A stretch of 64,000 nucleotides of DNA from an uncultured Gemmatimonadales bacterium. Its GTDB lineage: Bacteria; Gemmatimonadota; Gemmatimonadetes; Gemmatimonadales; Gemmatimonadaceae. The notes under the pieces were generated by a model. That model saw nothing but the letters and a program-made list of their open reading frames with translations, did not search any database and had not been told where the DNA came from. Where the stretch lies: NCBI GenBank assembly GCA_963850905.1, contig CAWKMU010000003.1, positions 2,304,001 to 2,368,000 of the forward strand, read 5' to 3'. This document shows positions 13,774 through 24,460 of the stretch, piece after piece; within the stretch, counting starts at the first letter, position 1, and every line of letters starts with the position of its first letter. Made by a program: the position numbers and the translations under genes.

Positions 13774-15241
13774 ATGGCGACCATTGCCACGCCGGAGCGG
13801 GGCACGCGCGACTGGGAACGTCGGCCGCACCCCAACGTCGCGACGGCCGAACAGCGACTTCCGGACGTTGCCGACTACGCGCAGGTCGATCGCGAGATCA
13901 TCGGCGACGATGCATCCGACCGCCGGCTGGCTCGCTGCGGTGGGGATCGCCGTGCTCTTCATGGTGATCGGTGCGGCGACGTGGATGTATCAGATCTACT
14001 CGGGGCTCGGCGTTGCCGGATACATGCCGCCGGTGATGTGGGCGGTCTACATCGTCTGCTTCGTGTTCTGGATCGGTATCGGCCACGCCGGCACGCTGAT
14101 CTCGGCGATTCTCTACTTGTTTCGCGCCGGCTTTCGCACGACGATCTATCGCTGCTCGGAGGTCATGACGGTCTTCGCGGTCATGACCGCGGGACTCTTC
14201 CCGATTCTGCACCTCGGCCGGCCGTGGAAGTTCTTCTGGCTGATCCCGTATCCGACACTGGCGGATGATCTGGCCGCAGTTCAAGAGCCCGCTGGTGTGG
14301 GACGTGTTTGCCGATGCTGACGTACCTCACGATCTCGGCCACCTTCCTGTTCATCGGATTGCTGCCCGACTTCGCGGTCCTGCGCGACCGCGAAAAGAAT
14401 CCGATTCGCAAGGCCATCTACGGAGCAGTTGTCGTTGGGCTGGCGCAATAGCGATCGGGAGTGGCGCCACTTCGCGCGGGCCTATCTGTTCCTTGCCGCG
14501 TTGGCGACGCCGCTCGTGTTGTCGGTGCACTCGGCGGTGTCGTTCGACTTCGCGATGGCGAACACACCCGGGTGGCACGCGACGATCTTCCCGCCGTACT
14601 TCGTCGCGGGCGCGATCTTCTCGGGCATGGGGATGGTGTTCACGATCATCATCCCACTGCGCCGCTTCATGAACCTGAAGCAGTACGTGACGCTGAACGA
14701 TCTGGACGCCGGGGCGAAGCTCTGCCTGTTTACCTCGCTCGTCGTGGGCTGCGCGTATCTGACCGAGTTCTTCGTGGGGTGGTACTCCGGCAATCCGGTG
14801 GAACACGAGTTCTGGTGGAACCGCGTCTTCGGGCAGTGGTGGTGGGCCGCCTGGATCATGCTGCTCTGCAACTGTGTGCTGCCGCTGTCACTCTTCTCGC
14901 AGAAACTCCGGCGGAACACGATCTGGCTCTGGATTCTGTCGATCTTCATCAATCTCGGGATGTGGTTCGAGCGGTTCGTGATCTTCATTCCGTCGCTCTC
15001 CCACGAGTTCGAGCCGTGGCAGTGGCACTACTACACGCCGACCTGGGTCGACATTTCGATCCTGTGCGGCAGCTTCGGCTGGTTCTTCATGTGGTTCCTG
15101 CTGTTCATCCGACAGATGCCGATCATGGCGATTTCTGAGCTCAAGGAGATCTCGCCGAGGCCTCGGCGCGGGCCGGGTCGCGGGCCGGCGCTGGGCGCGC
15201 GCGCGCCTGCGCCGCTGCCGGCAGCCGGAGGAGGGGACTGA
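13774..15241 (+). CDS. actC: Alternative complex III subunit ActC (NrfD family quinol-binding); indels
   Basis: FVFWIGIGHAGTLISAIL, HLGRPW, SPLVWDVFA, LATPLVLSVHS, PGWHATIFPPYFVAGAIFSG, GMWFERF. Confidence 0.93.
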
Positions 15242-15741
15242 TGCAGGGCGTCATTGGTGCATTCGACGATACCAATGCAACGGTCGCCGCGATCGAGGAA
15301 GTGAAGCGTCGCCGGTGGGGTGACGTGACGGTCTACATGCCGGCGCCCGATCACGCGATCGAGCACGCGATCGACGCGGGCCCGAGCGTCGTTCGACGGT
15401 TTGCCCTGATCGGCGGGTTGTGTGGCATGACGTTCGGCTATTGGATCCCGATCTGGATCTCGCGGTACTGGCCGCTGGTGGTCGGTGGCAAAGCCATCGC
15501 GTCGTGGATTCCCTACACCATCATCAGTTTCGAGCTGATGGTGTTGATCGGTGGGCTGTCGACGGTCGCGGGGCTCTTTATCGCGGGCCGCCTGCCCAAG
15601 ATCACGACGACCGTCGGGTATGACCCGCGGTTCAGCCTGGACAACTACGGCGTATGGGTGGAGTGCCCGCCCGACAAGGCACGAGATGTCGAAACGGCGC
15701 TCCGACGCGCCGGGGCGGTGGAGGTGCGCAGTGAGAGCTGA
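15241..15741 (+). CDS. actD: Alternative complex III subunit ActD (DUF3341)
   Basis: WPLVVGGK, FELMVL, YDPRFS motifs; position in the operon. Confidence 0.88.
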   Translation: MQGVIGAFDDTNATVAAIEEVKRRRWGDVTVYMPAPDHAIEHAIDAGPSVVRRFALIGGLCGMTFGYWIPIWISRYWPLVVGGKAIASWIPYTIISFELMVLIGGLSTVAGLFIAGRLPKITTTVGYDPRFSLDNYGVWVECPPDKARDVETALRRAGAVEVRSES

Positions 15742-16558
15742 CGGATTCTGCGGAGTCGGGAGTCCGTGGACGGCGGTCCGGGGCCGGCAAAGACCGGACA
15801 GCAGACCGGCGGGGTCCGCATCCGGTCGGTCGCGGGTCTCTCGCTTCGCGCGGGTAGTGGCGATGGTTGGTGCAACGACGATTGGCGTATCCGGCTGCTC
15901 GTGGTTCACGGCGTTCGTCGAACAGCCCAAGGTGGATCCGTGGGAGGCCATCAGCTTCCCGACGAACACCTTGCAGCCGTCGCGCGGCAACCCGCAGTAC
16001 TCGGTCCCGATCACCGGCACATTCGTCGCCGGGTTCCAGGTCTCGTACGCACAGTTCCCGACCACGATCGACTCGATGTCGGGGCTCAAGAACCCGACGC
16101 CGGCTCTGGGCGCGTCGCTGGTCAATGGGCGAAAGCTGTATCAGATCAACTGCAGCCCCTGTCATGGGACGGCCGGCAAGGGCGACGGGCCCGTCGGGAA
16201 GTACGGGTTGCCCGCACCCAGCTTGCTCACCGAGTCGGCGAAGGGTCGGACCGATGGGTACATCTGGGGCATCATTCGCAATGGTCGTGGTCCAATGCCG
16301 ACGTACAACCGCATCGAGGAAATGGACCGCTGGGATGTCGTGAACTACGTCCGCGGCCTGCAGAATCAAAGCGTGCCGACGGGTCCGGTCGGCTATCCGG
16401 GGCAGACGGGCGCCGCGTTACCGGGACCGACGATCGATGCGCCGACCCGGCCCGCGCCGTTTACGTCTGCGTGGATGGATTCAGCGCGGATGATCCGATC
16501 CCAGGCCGCGAGCGCCGCGGCACCGGCGTCGCCGGCGCGAGCGGAGGGGGCACGATGA
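15731..16558 (+). CDS. actE: Alternative complex III subunit ActE, monoheme cytochrome c lipoprotein
   Basis: Lipobox VSGC, CSPCHG heme motif, DGYIWGIIRNGRGPM, DRWDVVNYVR. Confidence 0.88.
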   Translation: MRADGFCGVGSPWTAVRGRQRPDSRPAGSASGRSRVSRFARVVAMVGATTIGVSGCSWFTAFVEQPKVDPWEAISFPTNTLQPSRGNPQYSVPITGTFVAGFQVSYAQFPTTIDSMSGLKNPTPALGASLVNGRKLYQINCSPCHGTAGKGDGPVGKYGLPAPSLLTESAKGRTDGYIWGIIRNGRGPMPTYNRIEEMDRWDVVNYVRGLQNQSVPTGPVGYPGQTGAALPGPTIDAPTRPAPFTSAWMDSARMIRSQAASAAAPASPARAEGAR

Positions 16559-17880
16559 GCGAGCACAACGGACACGCCCCGTCGCGCTCGGAGCTCGCCG
16601 CGCTCGCGGCGCAGCCCACACCGCCGGGCGTCAAGCGCGCGGCCGCAGTGGCCGCAGCGGTGGGACTCGTCGTCTTCCTCGCGTATTTGTACATCGACGC
16701 GGACCGCGCCTGGCGTGCGTTCCACGTCAACTGGTTGTTCTTCGCCGGCATCTCGTCGGCCGGCGTGACGCTCGCGGCGGTGCAGCGTATTTCCACGGCT
16801 CGCTGGTCCCGTGAAGTCATCCGGATGGTCGAGGGCTACGTCGCGTTCTTGCCCGTGGCGCTCGTGTTTCTCGTGCTGATCCTGACCGTCGGCCGGAGCC
16901 ACATCTTCCCGTGGGTGACCGTCACGCCGCCGGCTGCTGAGAAGCAGCTCTACCTCGCGCCCGGCTTTTTCATTCCGCGTGTCCTGATCCTGTTCACCAC
17001 GATCGTCGCGTTGGCCGTGTGGTTCGTGTACCGTTCGGTGCGCCTGGACGTCGCGGTGGTGCCGGAGAGCGGCGCGTCATGGGCGGCAGGGATTCGCGCG
17101 CGGATGCGCAGCGGGTTCGGCGATGAGCGACGCGAGTTGCACACCACCCATTCGGTGCAGGGCCGGCTCGCCACCTGGATCGTCCTGACCTTCGGGTTTT
17201 TCTGGGTGATCCTGGCGTTCGACCTCTCGATGACGCTCGATCTGCATTTCGAGAGCACGCTCTACGGATGGTGGTGGTTCATGACCGCCTGGATTGGCGC
17301 CATCATGACGTTCTCCCTCTTGACGATGTGGTGGCGGAAGACACTGCACGCCGAATCCCTGGTGCAGGAACGGCACTTCCACGACCTCGGCAAGCTCGCG
17401 TTCGCCTTCACGGCCTTCTGGGGATACCTGACCTTTGGGCAGTATCTCGTGCTGTGGTACGGCAACATGGGGGAGGAGACGCATTTCTTCCGTCTCCGAG
17501 CGATCGCGCCGTGGGCGCCGCTCACCGCCACCATCGCAACGCTGACGTTCGTGCTCCCCTTCTTCGGACTGTTGTCGCGCGCAGCGAAGGTCTACCTCCC
17601 GACGTTCGCGCTGTTTGCGTGCTCGAGCATCATCGGGATCTGGTTGCAGCGCTACGGTGAAGTCTACCCGTCGCTCTACGGTATTCCCGCGCGCATGCCG
17701 CTGGGGATTCCGGAGCTCGGCGTGCTGCTCCTGTATCTGGGCGTGTGGGGCATGTGCTACTTCGCGTTCATGGACGCGTTCCCGAAGATTCGCGTCTTCC
17801 TCATGACGTCGCCGTACCGCGATGAGGTGCAGGTCCCGGTCGACCCGCGCACCATGGAGCCGCTTCCTGCGACCGAATAA
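16555..17880 (+). CDS. actF: Alternative complex III subunit ActF
   Basis: Polytopic membrane protein with MTLDLHFESTLYG, HFHDLGKL, QYLVLWYGNMGEET. Confidence 0.9.
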   Translation: MSEHNGHAPSRSELAALAAQPTPPGVKRAAAVAAAVGLVVFLAYLYIDADRAWRAFHVNWLFFAGISSAGVTLAAVQRISTARWSREVIRMVEGYVAFLPVALVFLVLILTVGRSHIFPWVTVTPPAAEKQLYLAPGFFIPRVLILFTTIVALAVWFVYRSVRLDVAVVPESGASWAAGIRARMRSGFGDERRELHTTHSVQGRLATWIVLTFGFFWVILAFDLSMTLDLHFESTLYGWWWFMTAWIGAIMTFSLLTMWWRKTLHAESLVQERHFHDLGKLAFAFTAFWGYLTFGQYLVLWYGNMGEETHFFRLRAIAPWAPLTATIATLTFVLPFFGLLSRAAKVYLPTFALFACSSIIGIWLQRYGEVYPSLYGIPARMPLGIPELGVLLLYLGVWGMCYFAFMDAFPKIRVFLMTSPYRDEVQVPVDPRTMEPLPATE

Positions 17881-17894
17881 ATTCCGTCGCCCGC

Positions 17895-18048
17895 GGTGCT
17901 GCGCTCCGCGAGAGAGTAGCGGTACAGATAGTAGAAAGTAGAGGAGCTAAATCACGGCGAGGGCGGGCTCGCGCCCTCCGCCGGCTTGTAAAGCTGTTCG
18001 TCTACTCTCTACTTTCTGAAGTTCCACTTTCTCGCGGTGCGCAGCACC
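17895..18048. repeat. 154-bp fold-back element with 48-bp imperfect inverted arms and a central GC hairpin
   Basis: 17895-17942 versus the reverse complement of 18001-18048 match at 39/48 positions by manual alignment; central GAGGGCG-N6-CGCCCTC. Confidence 0.75.
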
Positions 18049-18052
18049 ACCC

Positions 18053-18125
18053 GGGGCGGTAGCTCAGCTGGGAGAGCGCCTGGTTTGCAACCAGGAGGTC
18101 GTGGGTTCGATCCCCATCCGCTCCA
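18053..18125 (+). tRNA. tRNA-Ala (TGC), CCA not encoded
   Basis: GGGGCGG acceptor stem with G3:U70, D arm GCTCAGCTGGGAGAGC, anticodon arm CCTGG-TTTGCAA-CCAGG, T loop GTTCGATC. Confidence 0.97.
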
Positions 18126-18376
18126 TTCGGCTCGTCATAATCGTGAGCTTTTGTGCCGCACGAATCAGGGGCAGTCGCCCCCTCGTCGGCGCTCGTCGGT
18201 TCCGTTGCTAGCCCGCGCGGCGCCGTCCTGTTGGTCTGGCCACCTGACCGCCTGCCGGTGAGTCCGCACTCATCGCGGCCGGCAAGGCCATGCTGACTCG
18301 GATGTGACTCCGGCGCCAATGCCGCGTTTCGCCGCTCCAGCCGTCAAGATGTCGGAGTGGGATGGTCCGGGTTGAT

Positions 18377-18399
18377 CTGGTTTGCAACCAGGAGGTCGT
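18377..18399 (+). repeat. att-like direct repeat of the tRNA-Ala anticodon/variable region
   Basis: CTGGTTTGCAACCAGGAGGTCGT identical to 18080-18102. Confidence 0.85.
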
Positions 18400-18520
18400 A
18401 ATTGCCTGCACGCGGCTGCCCGGCTGTTATCCTTCAAGGGGGGCCGGCATGTTGGTACCTCAGAGGCCGCCTCACCTGTCTCCTCTTTCGGGCGACGCCG
18501 CGTATCGTCGGCGCTCGACT

Positions 18521-19057
18521 ATGACCGAAACTCCGTCGGGTAAGCCTATGAGCGCGTATGGTCGAGTTGCTCTGCCGGACGACGTCCACGCCGCATTGTC
18601 GGAGCTTATCAGGACCGATTTCGGGGAGGTCATCTGGCGTGACCGCCACCGCTTTGGCCCGATTGCGGCCAGCGTGTCACCGGTATCGGGGCGGACATAT
18701 CTGTACGACGCGGTCGCCGGCGGAAAACTCAGCGCGGCGAAGTGGTTGGTGCGATTGGGCGGCCGAGTGCGAGAGCCGCAAGCCGGCGTGACGCCCGCAC
18801 ATCCCTGTCCGTGGCAAGCAGCGATGTCGACGGCGAATCCGCTGCCAATGCTGCGCGTCCTGCTGACAAGTGCGGACTTTACGCCCGTCGACCTCGGCCG
18901 CTGTGCGGACGACCTGCTGACGCTTCGCCAGCGGGCGTCGTCGGCACGCGATATGACCGCGGCGAATGACGCGTACTCGGAGACGTGCCAGCGGATCGGG
19001 CGCAAACCGAGTCCCCCGCCGGCCGGAATGCCACTGGGACCTGCTGCCCGCCGTTAA
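18521..19057 (+). CDS. Hypothetical protein with an ankyrin-repeat-like segment
   Basis: GRTYLYDAVAGGKLSAAKWLVRLGG resembles the ankyrin consensus G-T-LH-A---G------LL--GA. Confidence 0.5.
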   Translation: MTETPSGKPMSAYGRVALPDDVHAALSELIRTDFGEVIWRDRHRFGPIAASVSPVSGRTYLYDAVAGGKLSAAKWLVRLGGRVREPQAGVTPAHPCPWQAAMSTANPLPMLRVLLTSADFTPVDLGRCADDLLTLRQRASSARDMTAANDAYSETCQRIGRKPSPPPAGMPLGPAARR

Positions 19058-19204
19058 CCGACGACCCTCGAGCTTGCGGCACGAGCAGGTCAAAGTTCTT
19101 CTGGTTGACGCACAGGCAACACAAAGTGGGGGTGCACCACTGAGCTGGCAGCCTCCCGCGGGGTATCTGCGGATACGTTCGCGACAACCTGGACCGGAGA
19201 TGAC

Positions 19205-19600
19205 ATGGAGATCAAGCCAAGCGGCTCCCAGCCATCCAGCAAGGGTCCAGCGAATTACTTCAGCGGAACGGTTCGCATTGATCCCTTGTTTGATGCACCT
19301 GCACCAGCGCGAGGGCGTGGCACCAGCGTGACGTTCGAGCCGGGTGCACGCACTGCATGGCACACGCACCCCCTGGGACAGACACTGATCGTCACGGCGG
19401 GTTGCGGCTGGGCGCAGCGGTGGGGCGCCCCGGTCGAGGTGATTCGGCCGGGCGACGTCGTGTGGTTCCCGCCGGGTGAAAAGCACTGGCATGGTGCCAC
19501 GCCGACTGTCGCGATGGTGCACATTGCCGTTCAGGAACAACTCGACGGCAAGGTCGTAGACTGGTTGGAGCAGGTCAGCGACGAGCAATACCGTCTCTGA
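19205..19600 (+). CDS. Cupin domain protein
   Basis: [22 protein letters not shown]...[27 protein letters not shown]. Confidence 0.9.
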   Translation: MEIKPSGSQPSSKGPANYFSGTVRIDPLFDAPAPARGRGTSVTFEPGARTAWHTHPLGQTLIVTAGCGWAQRWGAPVEVIRPGDVVWFPPGEKHWHGATPTVAMVHIAVQEQLDGKVVDWLEQVSDEQYRL

Positions 19601-19769
19601 GCCCGTGTGCGACGCACCGACACGCAATAGGCCGATCGATGTGGGGGCGACGCTCGCAGGACCCCGCCAAGGCCGCGTCTGATCAGGGGTCTCTTGCGTC
19701 CCGACGCCCGGCTCCATAGGCATATACCAGGGCCACTGATGGTGTCCCCCTTTCAGGTCCGCGGGCGTC

Positions 19770-20438
19770 ATGCAACCCACCCGACTCGCGATCTGTCTCC
19801 TGTTGTTGATCGGCGCCACGGAAGCGGCGGCGCAGAGGGCGGATAGCGCCGGCCATACCGGAGGGCCATCGCTTCCGGCGCCTGGATCGGGCGTCGCACC
19901 ACAAGACTCCCCCGGCCGATGGGCCGATGGCACAGCGCCGACCTGCTGGCTCGGATGCAAGGGATCGCTCCAGGTGAAGGCACCCGGGGAATGGTCGAAG
20001 ATGCAAGCGGTCCGGCAGGACTCGTTGGCGGCACGCACTCGCCGCAGGAGCTTGGCGAATTGGGCGGGCGGCGCTAGAGAGTCGAACCCCGGATCGCCCG
20101 GGCAACGGGCCTCCGGCTCGGGCGCGGCGGAGAGTGCAGGCGGCGCGAGCACCCGTCCGGCCACTGAAGCCGAAGGCCAGCGATTTCTGATCGAGGAGTG
20201 GCGCCGATCCGAGCTCGAGGTCGCGGACAGTGTGCATCACCTGGTCCTCGTGCGCCTCAACCGCCTCTATGATTCGGCGCAGAGCCGCTCCGTCTCCCCC
20301 GGCGACCGCCTACGCATCCTGCGTGAAGTCGATGGGGTCAACGTCGCCAACCAGGTGATGTGGCTCGAACGGCGCACCGATGTCATGCGCACGGCCGACA
20401 GCACCGCGCGCGCCGTGGGTCTGCCCCGTGCGCCATGA
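19770..20438 (+). CDS. Secreted hypothetical protein, CWLGC family paralogue 1
   Basis: Signal peptide (LLLLIGATEAAA|Q); strong similarity to 27408-28076. Confidence 0.75.
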   Translation: MQPTRLAICLLLLIGATEAAAQRADSAGHTGGPSLPAPGSGVAPQDSPGRWADGTAPTCWLGCKGSLQVKAPGEWSKMQAVRQDSLAARTRRRSLANWAGGARESNPGSPGQRASGSGAAESAGGASTRPATEAEGQRFLIEEWRRSELEVADSVHHLVLVRLNRLYDSAQSRSVSPGDRLRILREVDGVNVANQVMWLERRTDVMRTADSTARAVGLPRAP

Positions 20439-20649
20439 GTCACTCGGCAGACGCGGGCGTTCCAACAATGCGTGGCCGCCGCAGAACTAATGCGCGTGGG
20501 ACGCTGGAGTTGTCGTTCGAGCGAGTCCCGTGAGCGAACGCCGGTGAGGCTGCGCCTCAACCCGGATATGAGTACGTTACACCCGCTCGGCTTCGCGACT
20601 CGGTGAAGCTGAGTCACTTGATGCGCCGCCATGTGTTGCGGCAGGAGGC

Positions 20650-20907
20650 GTGATGGAGACGTTGGATCAACGGCTCGCCGCCCTCAAAGCGGAGATGAGC
20701 AAACTGCAAGGCGAGCTTGCGGCCGCGGGCGCAAAGGCCCAAGCCGCGTCTGCACAGAAGCTGGCGGACCTGCGCGGGAAGGCCAACGCGGCCAAGCAGC
20801 AAGCCGGTGCCGCCACGCACGCCGGGCTGACGAAGTTCGAGGCCGAGCTGGCACAGCTGGAAGCAAGAGTGCGCGCCGCGGTCGGTACGCCGAAAGCCAA
20901 GCCATAG
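20650..20907 (+). CDS. Small Ala/Lys-rich coiled-coil protein
   Basis: AGGAGG RBS; amphipathic heptad pattern along 85 aa. Confidence 0.65.
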   Translation: MMETLDQRLAALKAEMSKLQGELAAAGAKAQAASAQKLADLRGKANAAKQQAGAATHAGLTKFEAELAQLEARVRAAVGTPKAKP

Positions 20908-20928
20908 GCGCACGCGGCGCCACGGCAC

Positions 20929-23395
20929 GTGAACAACGAGCCGCATCGCCTGGCATCGACCTGGCGGCGCATGGGCGATCATGCGTCGATCCGGCCGGCC
21001 TTGGGATTTGTAGTTTTCACCACAGGGTACTATTTCGCGTACCGGTACGGAATGGCGTTCGGCGAAACGATCGCTTCGCCGTTCTGGTTCCCGGATTCCG
21101 TGTTGTTGTGCGGCTTGTTGTGGGCTCGACCGGATTGGTGGTGGGCACTCCTGGCGGTGACGGTGCCCATTCGCGTGCTCATCGCCCTGCCGCCCGACGT
21201 GCCGCTGCCATTTGCGGCTGCCACCACCCTCATCGACTGTGGCAAGGCTGTCGCCGCAGCCATGCTGCTCCGTTGGACGCTCCGCAATCCCCTCCGCTTT
21301 CAAACGGTGCGGGATTTTGGGGTGTACTGCCTCGTGGTGGTGCTCGCCGTCCCGGCGCTGAGTGCGGTCGCCGGAGCGCTGGCCCGCCGGATCATCGGGT
21401 ATGACTTTTGGCCGGGTTGGGACCAGTGGTTCCTGGGCGATGCCCTGGCGAGCCTGATCATCACCCCGTTCATCTTCTACTGGGTCTTGTCGCCGCCCGA
21501 TGCGCGTCAGATCACCGCGCCGCGGCGGATCGAGGCCATCGTGTTGGCCGGCTGCTTGCTCGCCAGTTTCTGGGTCGCGTTCGAGCCGACGTCGAGCGCG
21601 TTGGGCTTCGCCGACTCGCGGCTGTATTTGCCAACCGCCCTCCTGGTGTGGGCCGCAATCCGGTTTGGCATGGTTGGGGCCTCGGGTGCCATTGCGCTCC
21701 TGGCAGCATTCGCCGTCGCGAGCGCGCTGAGTGGCCGCGGTCTCTTCGCTGCCGATTCTCCGGAGGCCGCAGCGGCCAACCTGCAACACTTCTTGCTGCA
21801 CACCGCGCCGCTGTACCTGGTGGCGGTCCTGATTGATCAGACCCGGCGTGGCGCCGACTCGCTGCGCGAAAGCGAGCGCCGATTTCGTGTGCTGGCCGAT
21901 ACCGCCCCGGTGCTGATCTGGATGGCCGGCACAGACAAGCTCTGCGACTTCTTCAACAAGAACTGGCTGGATTTCACTGGCAGAACGCTGCAGGAGGAAG
22001 CGGGCAACGGTTGGGCCGCGGGCGTGCATCCGGATGACTCCCAGCACTGTTACAAGCTCTATGTGTCATGCTTCGACGCACGGCTGCCATTCGAGAATGG
22101 ACTATCGCCTGCGCCGACATGATGGCGAATACCGCTGGATCCTGGATCGCGGCGTCCCGCGGTACGGCCCCGCCGGCGAGTTTCTCGGCTACGTCGGGAC
22201 GGCTATCAATGTGACGGATCGTCGTCAGCAAGAAGAGGCGGTGCGGCGGAGCGAGGAGCGCTATCGCGACGTGGTAGAGAAGCAGACGGACTTCGTATGT
22301 CGCTTCGTTGCGGATACGACCTTGACGTTCGTCAATGAGGCGTACAGTCGATTCCTCAGGTGCGAAAAGCACGAGCTGCTCCACCAGAAGTTCCTGTCCT
22401 TGTTGCCGGCGGCCTCACAGGCGAGCACGCTCGCCTCCCTCGCGACCGCCGTGTCATCGCGGGGAGCGTGCGAGTGGGAGTGTGACGCGGAGTCGGGCGA
22501 TGGTGCGCTCGCATCGGTGCATTGGACGTGCCGCGCGCTCTTCGATGCCACGGGGCAGTTTCAGGAGTTTCAGGCGATTGGTCAGGATATCACCGACCGC
22601 AAACGGGCCGAGGAAGCCGACCGCAAGCTGGCCCACACGGGCCGCCTCGCCGCGCTCGGAGAGCTGACCGCTCTGGTGGCGCATCAGATCAACCAGCCCC
22701 TCTGCGCTATCGTCAGCAACGCCGAGGCGGCCGGAGCCATGCTGCGGAACCCGACCCCGCCTGTGGGCGAGATGCGCGAGATTCTGGCGGACATTTCGAA
22801 GGACAGCCTGCGTGTCTCCGAGGTGGTCCAGGGTATCCGCACGATGACGCGCAAGCGTGACCCGGAACGGCACCCGATCGATCTGAACCAGACAGTGGAG
22901 AGCGCCCTGCGCCTGGTCAGTGGCGACGCGCTGCGTCGCCGCGTGCAGATCCGCCGCGAGCTCGCAGCCGACTTGCCACTGGTCTACGCGGACGCGCCGT
23001 CGCTCGAGCAGGTGATTCTCAATTTGATCGTGAACGGTATGGACGCGATGAATGAGATTGCGCAGAAGGCACGACAAATTACGGTGAAGACTCAACGCGG
23101 GAGCGGCAGCGTCATCGTCGCCATTGCGGATCGCGGCCACGGCATTCCGCCCGAAGGCATGTCCCGGCTGTTCGAGTCGTTCTTTACCACCAAGCGCGAT
23201 GGCGTGGGGCTCGGCCTATCGATCTCGCGCTCGATTGTGCAAGCACATGGCGGCCGGATCTGGGCGGAAAACACTCCCGGCGGAGGCTCGACCTTCTGCT
23301 TCACGGTTCGCGCCGTGGAAACGGCGCCAATGGCGCTGCACGTACAGCGCGAGCTCGGACGCTCGGGCGACGTCTCTCCATCACTCAGCACCTGA
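20929..23395 (+). CDS. MASE1-PAS-PAS sensor histidine kinase; one indel near 22095
   Basis: MASE1 (SPFWFPDSVLL, WFLGDALA, WAAIRFG), PAS (APVLIWM, GWAAGVHPDD, YRLRRHDGEYRWI), H-box AHQINQPL, FFTTK..GVGLGL. Confidence 0.9.
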
Positions 23396-23491
23396 CACAT
23401 TCGCCGGGGGATGTTGCGGCCATGGCTCGCTTTTCCATGAGGTCGATGCGGCTCCCCGGGTTCGCGGGTATGGCGGCGAGCGGAGCGGCCG

Positions 23492-24328
23492 ATGGGCTAC
23501 GCTGACCAGTTCAGGGTGAAGTCGGGAAGCAAGTTCAAGATCGCGCACGTCGATCCTGGCTATACGTGGAAGCACGAAAACAAGGACACGGCGAAGCGTG
23601 AGATTGCACAGCAGCTACGCAAGCTGTGGGACCTGCAGTACCGCCTGTTTGCCGAGAACCAGCGGTCCGTCCTGATCTGCCTGCAGGCGATGGATGCCGG
23701 CGGCAAGGATGGGACGATCAACCATGTGATCGGCGCCATGAACCCGCAGGGCGCGCGCGTCCACTCGTTCAAGGTTCCCACGCCGGTGGAAGCGGCGCAC
23801 GATTTCCTCTGGCGGATCCATCGACAGACGCCGGCCAAGGGCGAGGTGGTCGCGTTCAACCGATCGCAGTACGAGGATGTCCTCGTCGTGCGTGTGCACA
23901 ACCTGGTTCCCAAGGCCGTCTGGTCGAAACGCTACGACCTGATCAATGCGTTCGAGCACAATCTGGTCGAAGCCGGTACCCGAGTCCTGAAGTTCTATCT
24001 GCACATCAGCAAGGAGGAACAACTCGCGCGATTCAAGGATCGGGTCGATGACCCAGCCCGTCGCTGGAAGATCAGCGATGCGGACTATGCCGAGCGCGCG
24101 CTGTGGCCCCAGTACCAGGCCGCGTACGAAGAGGCCATCACGAAGACGAGCACGAAACACGCGCCGTGGTACGTGATTCCCGCCAACCACAAGTGGTTCC
24201 GCAATCTGGCCGTCTCCACGATCGTCGTGGAGGCACTCGAATCACTCCACATCCAGCTGCCCAAACCCACCGTCGACATCGCGGAGATTCGTCGCAAGTA
24301 TCACGCAGCGGCCGCTGATAAATCGTGA
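23492..24328 (+). CDS. ppk2: Polyphosphate kinase 2 family protein
   Basis: LQAMDAGGKDG Walker A, SFKVPT, HDFLWR, FNRSQYEDVL, APWYVIPANHKW. Confidence 0.92.
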   Translation: MGYADQFRVKSGSKFKIAHVDPGYTWKHENKDTAKREIAQQLRKLWDLQYRLFAENQRSVLICLQAMDAGGKDGTINHVIGAMNPQGARVHSFKVPTPVEAAHDFLWRIHRQTPAKGEVVAFNRSQYEDVLVVRVHNLVPKAVWSKRYDLINAFEHNLVEAGTRVLKFYLHISKEEQLARFKDRVDDPARRWKISDADYAERALWPQYQAAYEEAITKTSTKHAPWYVIPANHKWFRNLAVSTIVVEALESLHIQLPKPTVDIAEIRRKYHAAAADKS

Positions 24329-24460
24329 GCCCGCGGCCGCCCGCGACATCCATTATTGGGTCCAGAGCGAAGTGTCATGGTCCGTCTCGGGATACGTTCG
24401 ATGAACGACGAGCGTCGTGAAAAACCCCTATCACGCAGCTGAGTGGACCGCGAGGACGCC

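Noticed and set aside
19103..19170. Resemblance to a c-di-GMP-I riboswitch upstream of the cupin (GCACAGGCAAC...AAAGTGGG)
   Set aside because: Lacks the GGCAAA/GNRA P2 stem and the GCAAAGC junction; would need an Infernal RF01051 hit.
20436..20618. 9-bp direct repeat TGAGTCACT flanking a 165-bp spacer, as a possible target-site duplication
   Set aside because: No terminal inverted repeats inside and no second copy in the window; chance cannot be excluded.
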